Position numbers and translations under genes: made by a program
Virus record (IMG/VR): IMGVR_UViG_3300033145_001096
Span: 650 to 64,649 of that record
DNA length: 64,000 nt
From: a virus
Direction: 5' to 3' (one strand)
In this document: positions 62,626 to 64,000 of the stretch, piece after piece
Position numbering within the stretch: the stretch's first letter is position 1
Layout: every line of letters starts with the position of its first letter
The notes under the pieces: model-generated
Databases searched by the model: none
What the model was told of the DNA's origin: nothing
The model's input: the letters and a program-made list of their open reading frames with translations, nothing else

Positions 62626-64000
62626 ATGTCAATACAAGATAGTGGGCAGTGGTTAAATTATTTAATGGGTTCTTTATTAAAGAAAATAGTAGTTCCTTCT
62701 GACTTTCATGGACAATGTTCCGCAGTAGAAACTATGCTTCTTGACGATGTATCTGGTTTAGTTGATAGTTTAACAGATTTTTCCGTCGAGACTGCAAGTG
62801 TAAATTTTTCTATTGAATCGGAAAACAAATCATATGCTCGTGTCTTAAATAAGTGGCTTCAGGATATAAATAAAGAATTTAGAGGTAAAATTCCAACTGG
62901 AATAGACGCTTTGGCGAAAGAATATTATAAAGAAAGATGGAAAGGCTCTTCTTTTCCAGTTCTTAAAATGGGTGGTTTAAAACGTTATGATAATGGTCTA
63001 ATGTTGCCTACTAAAATGTTCTTTGTAGATGGTTCGAGTATTAATGCTAAAGAAAAGGACAACGGAGATGTAAGGCATTTATTGAACTATAATTATTATT
63101 TAGGAAATAAATGTGAGAAAAAATATTTATTAGATGGGGATAATGTTATTTTTGCAAGACCTTATGGAAGATGGTTTGATAAATATCCAGTGCCTTATTT
63201 GATTAAAAGAGGTATTTATCATAATTGGACGTTGATAGATTCTATTAAAAATAAACAGACTGAAATATTAGAACAAATTATCTCTTATTTGATGCTTGTA
63301 AAAAAAGGTTCTCCAGAATTAATAAAAGAAAATATTAAAGCTGGATATAGTGACCCAGAATTATCGAAAGTAAAAGAAAGTATTCAAACTTTAATGGATA
63401 AATTAAATGATGTTACTACAGCAGATGGAAAGATTGTAAAATCTCCTATTAGAGTAACGAATTTTGATGAAGAAATAAAACATTTGATTCCTGATTTAGA
63501 AAATATATTTAAAGCCGAGTTAACACAATCTTCAGAAAGAAATATACTCTCTGGAATGGGTTTCATTGATATAGTAGAAGCAACTTCTACTTCAAGAAAA
63601 GAATCCGTATTAAATCCAAAAGCATTCATAGAAGAAACGAAATCTGGTGTAAAAGGGTTTAGAGATATTATGAAACAAATAATGTATTATGTTGAAGATA
63701 CAAATAAAAAACGTAAAAAATATATAAATTCCGATACTTATATAATCAATAGTCCTGTTAAAGGATTTATGACTGATAATTTTAAGCGTCAGGTTAAACG
63801 GTTGTTTGATGCTGGTAAGGTATCTGCCCAAACTGCTGTAGAGCTTATTGCTGAGATAGATTTTACCACAGAAATCATGCGCAAAGAAAAAGAATCTAAA
63901 TCTGGTATCGATTATACTATGTATCCTCCTATTATACAGAACCAAGAGGATAAAGGATTAGATTTTCCTACAGAAAAGCCAGTTAAAAAGACTGATAAAA
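62626..64000 (+). CDS. Putative portal protein (3'-truncated by the window)
   Basis: Absent from the ORF track. Open frame from ATG 62626 (SD AAGGAG) to the end: MSIQDSGQWLNYL...; more than 450 codons; position after terL. Confidence 0.65.
   Translation, partial: MSIQDSGQWLNYLMGSLLKKIVVPSDFHGQCSAVETMLLDDVSGLVDSLTDFSVETASVNFSIESENKSYARVLNKWLQDINKEFRGKIPTGIDALAKEYYKERWKGSSFPVLKMGGLKRYDNGLMLPTKMFFVDGSSINAKEKDNGDVRHLLNYNYYLGNKCEKKYLLDGDNVIFARPYGRWFDKYPVPYLIKRGIYHNWTLIDSIKNKQTEILEQIISYLMLVKKGSPELIKENIKAGYSDPELSKVKESIQTLMDKLNDVTTADGKIVKSPIRVTNFDEEIKHLIPDLENIFKAELTQSSERNILSGMGFIDIVEATSTSRKESVLNPKAFIEETKSGVKGFRDIMKQIMYYVEDTNKKRKKYINSDTYIINSPVKGFMTDNFKRQVKRLFDAGKVSAQTAVELIAEIDFTTEIMRKEKESKSGIDYTMYPPIIQNQEDKGLDFPTEKPVKKTDK

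Noticed and set aside
58046-63945. Minus-strand ORFs 58046-58348, 59769-59954, 63384-63629, 63610-63945
   Set aside because: Antisense to the plus-strand genes, including the untracked portal-like ORF.
1-64000. Alternative genetic code (TAG/TGA recoding)
   Set aside because: Long conserved genes are intact under code 11, and the gaps checked contain ordinary short ORFs.
1-64000. tRNA or rRNA genes
   Set aside because: No cloverleaf or T-loop signature recognised by eye; tRNAscan-SE would be needed to exclude them fully.
1-64000. Archaeal virus (because of family-B polymerase and Hjc-like nuclease)
   Set aside because: bS21, PDF, RecA, ClpP and sigma70 promoters indicate a bacterial host.

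Overview
AT-rich, gene-dense 64 kb segment of a large tailed dsDNA bacteriophage using standard code 11 and strong AGGAG Shine-Dalgarno sites. From 1 to ~56.2 kb almost everything is on the minus strand: a replication/recombination block (SbcCD-like nuclease, family-B DNA polymerase, ATP-dependent DNA ligase, RecA, RuvC, primase-helicase, 5'-3' exonuclease, RNA ligase), many host-like auxiliary genes (Map, peptide deformylase, bS21, ClpP, M42 peptidase, trypsin-like protease, BT1-type MFS transporter, PnuC-like, LOG/SLOG), about 10 homing-type endonucleases, an intein-containing tyrosine recombinase, a RuvB homologue and many small early-type ORFs. A ~1.2 kb non-coding, hairpin-rich strand switch (56.3-57.5 kb) precedes a plus-strand packaging block (putative TerS, TerL, portal, cut by the window end). 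The most unusual observations are: (1) a RuvB with an N-terminal transmembrane anchor that lacks the RuvA-binding hairpin; (2) a ~360 bp host-like fragment (IS30 3' end, operator-bearing promoter, start of a DUF6088-like gene) spliced by microhomology into a phage nuclease gene just upstream of the recombinase; (3) an intein inside the recombinase HxxRH motif, with a 13-7-13 inverted-repeat site nearby; (4) a complete N-terminal Met-excision pair (PDF + Map) plus bS21 and several proteases; (5) a six-copy conserved promoter family. All functional calls come from motif recognition by eye; no searches were run.
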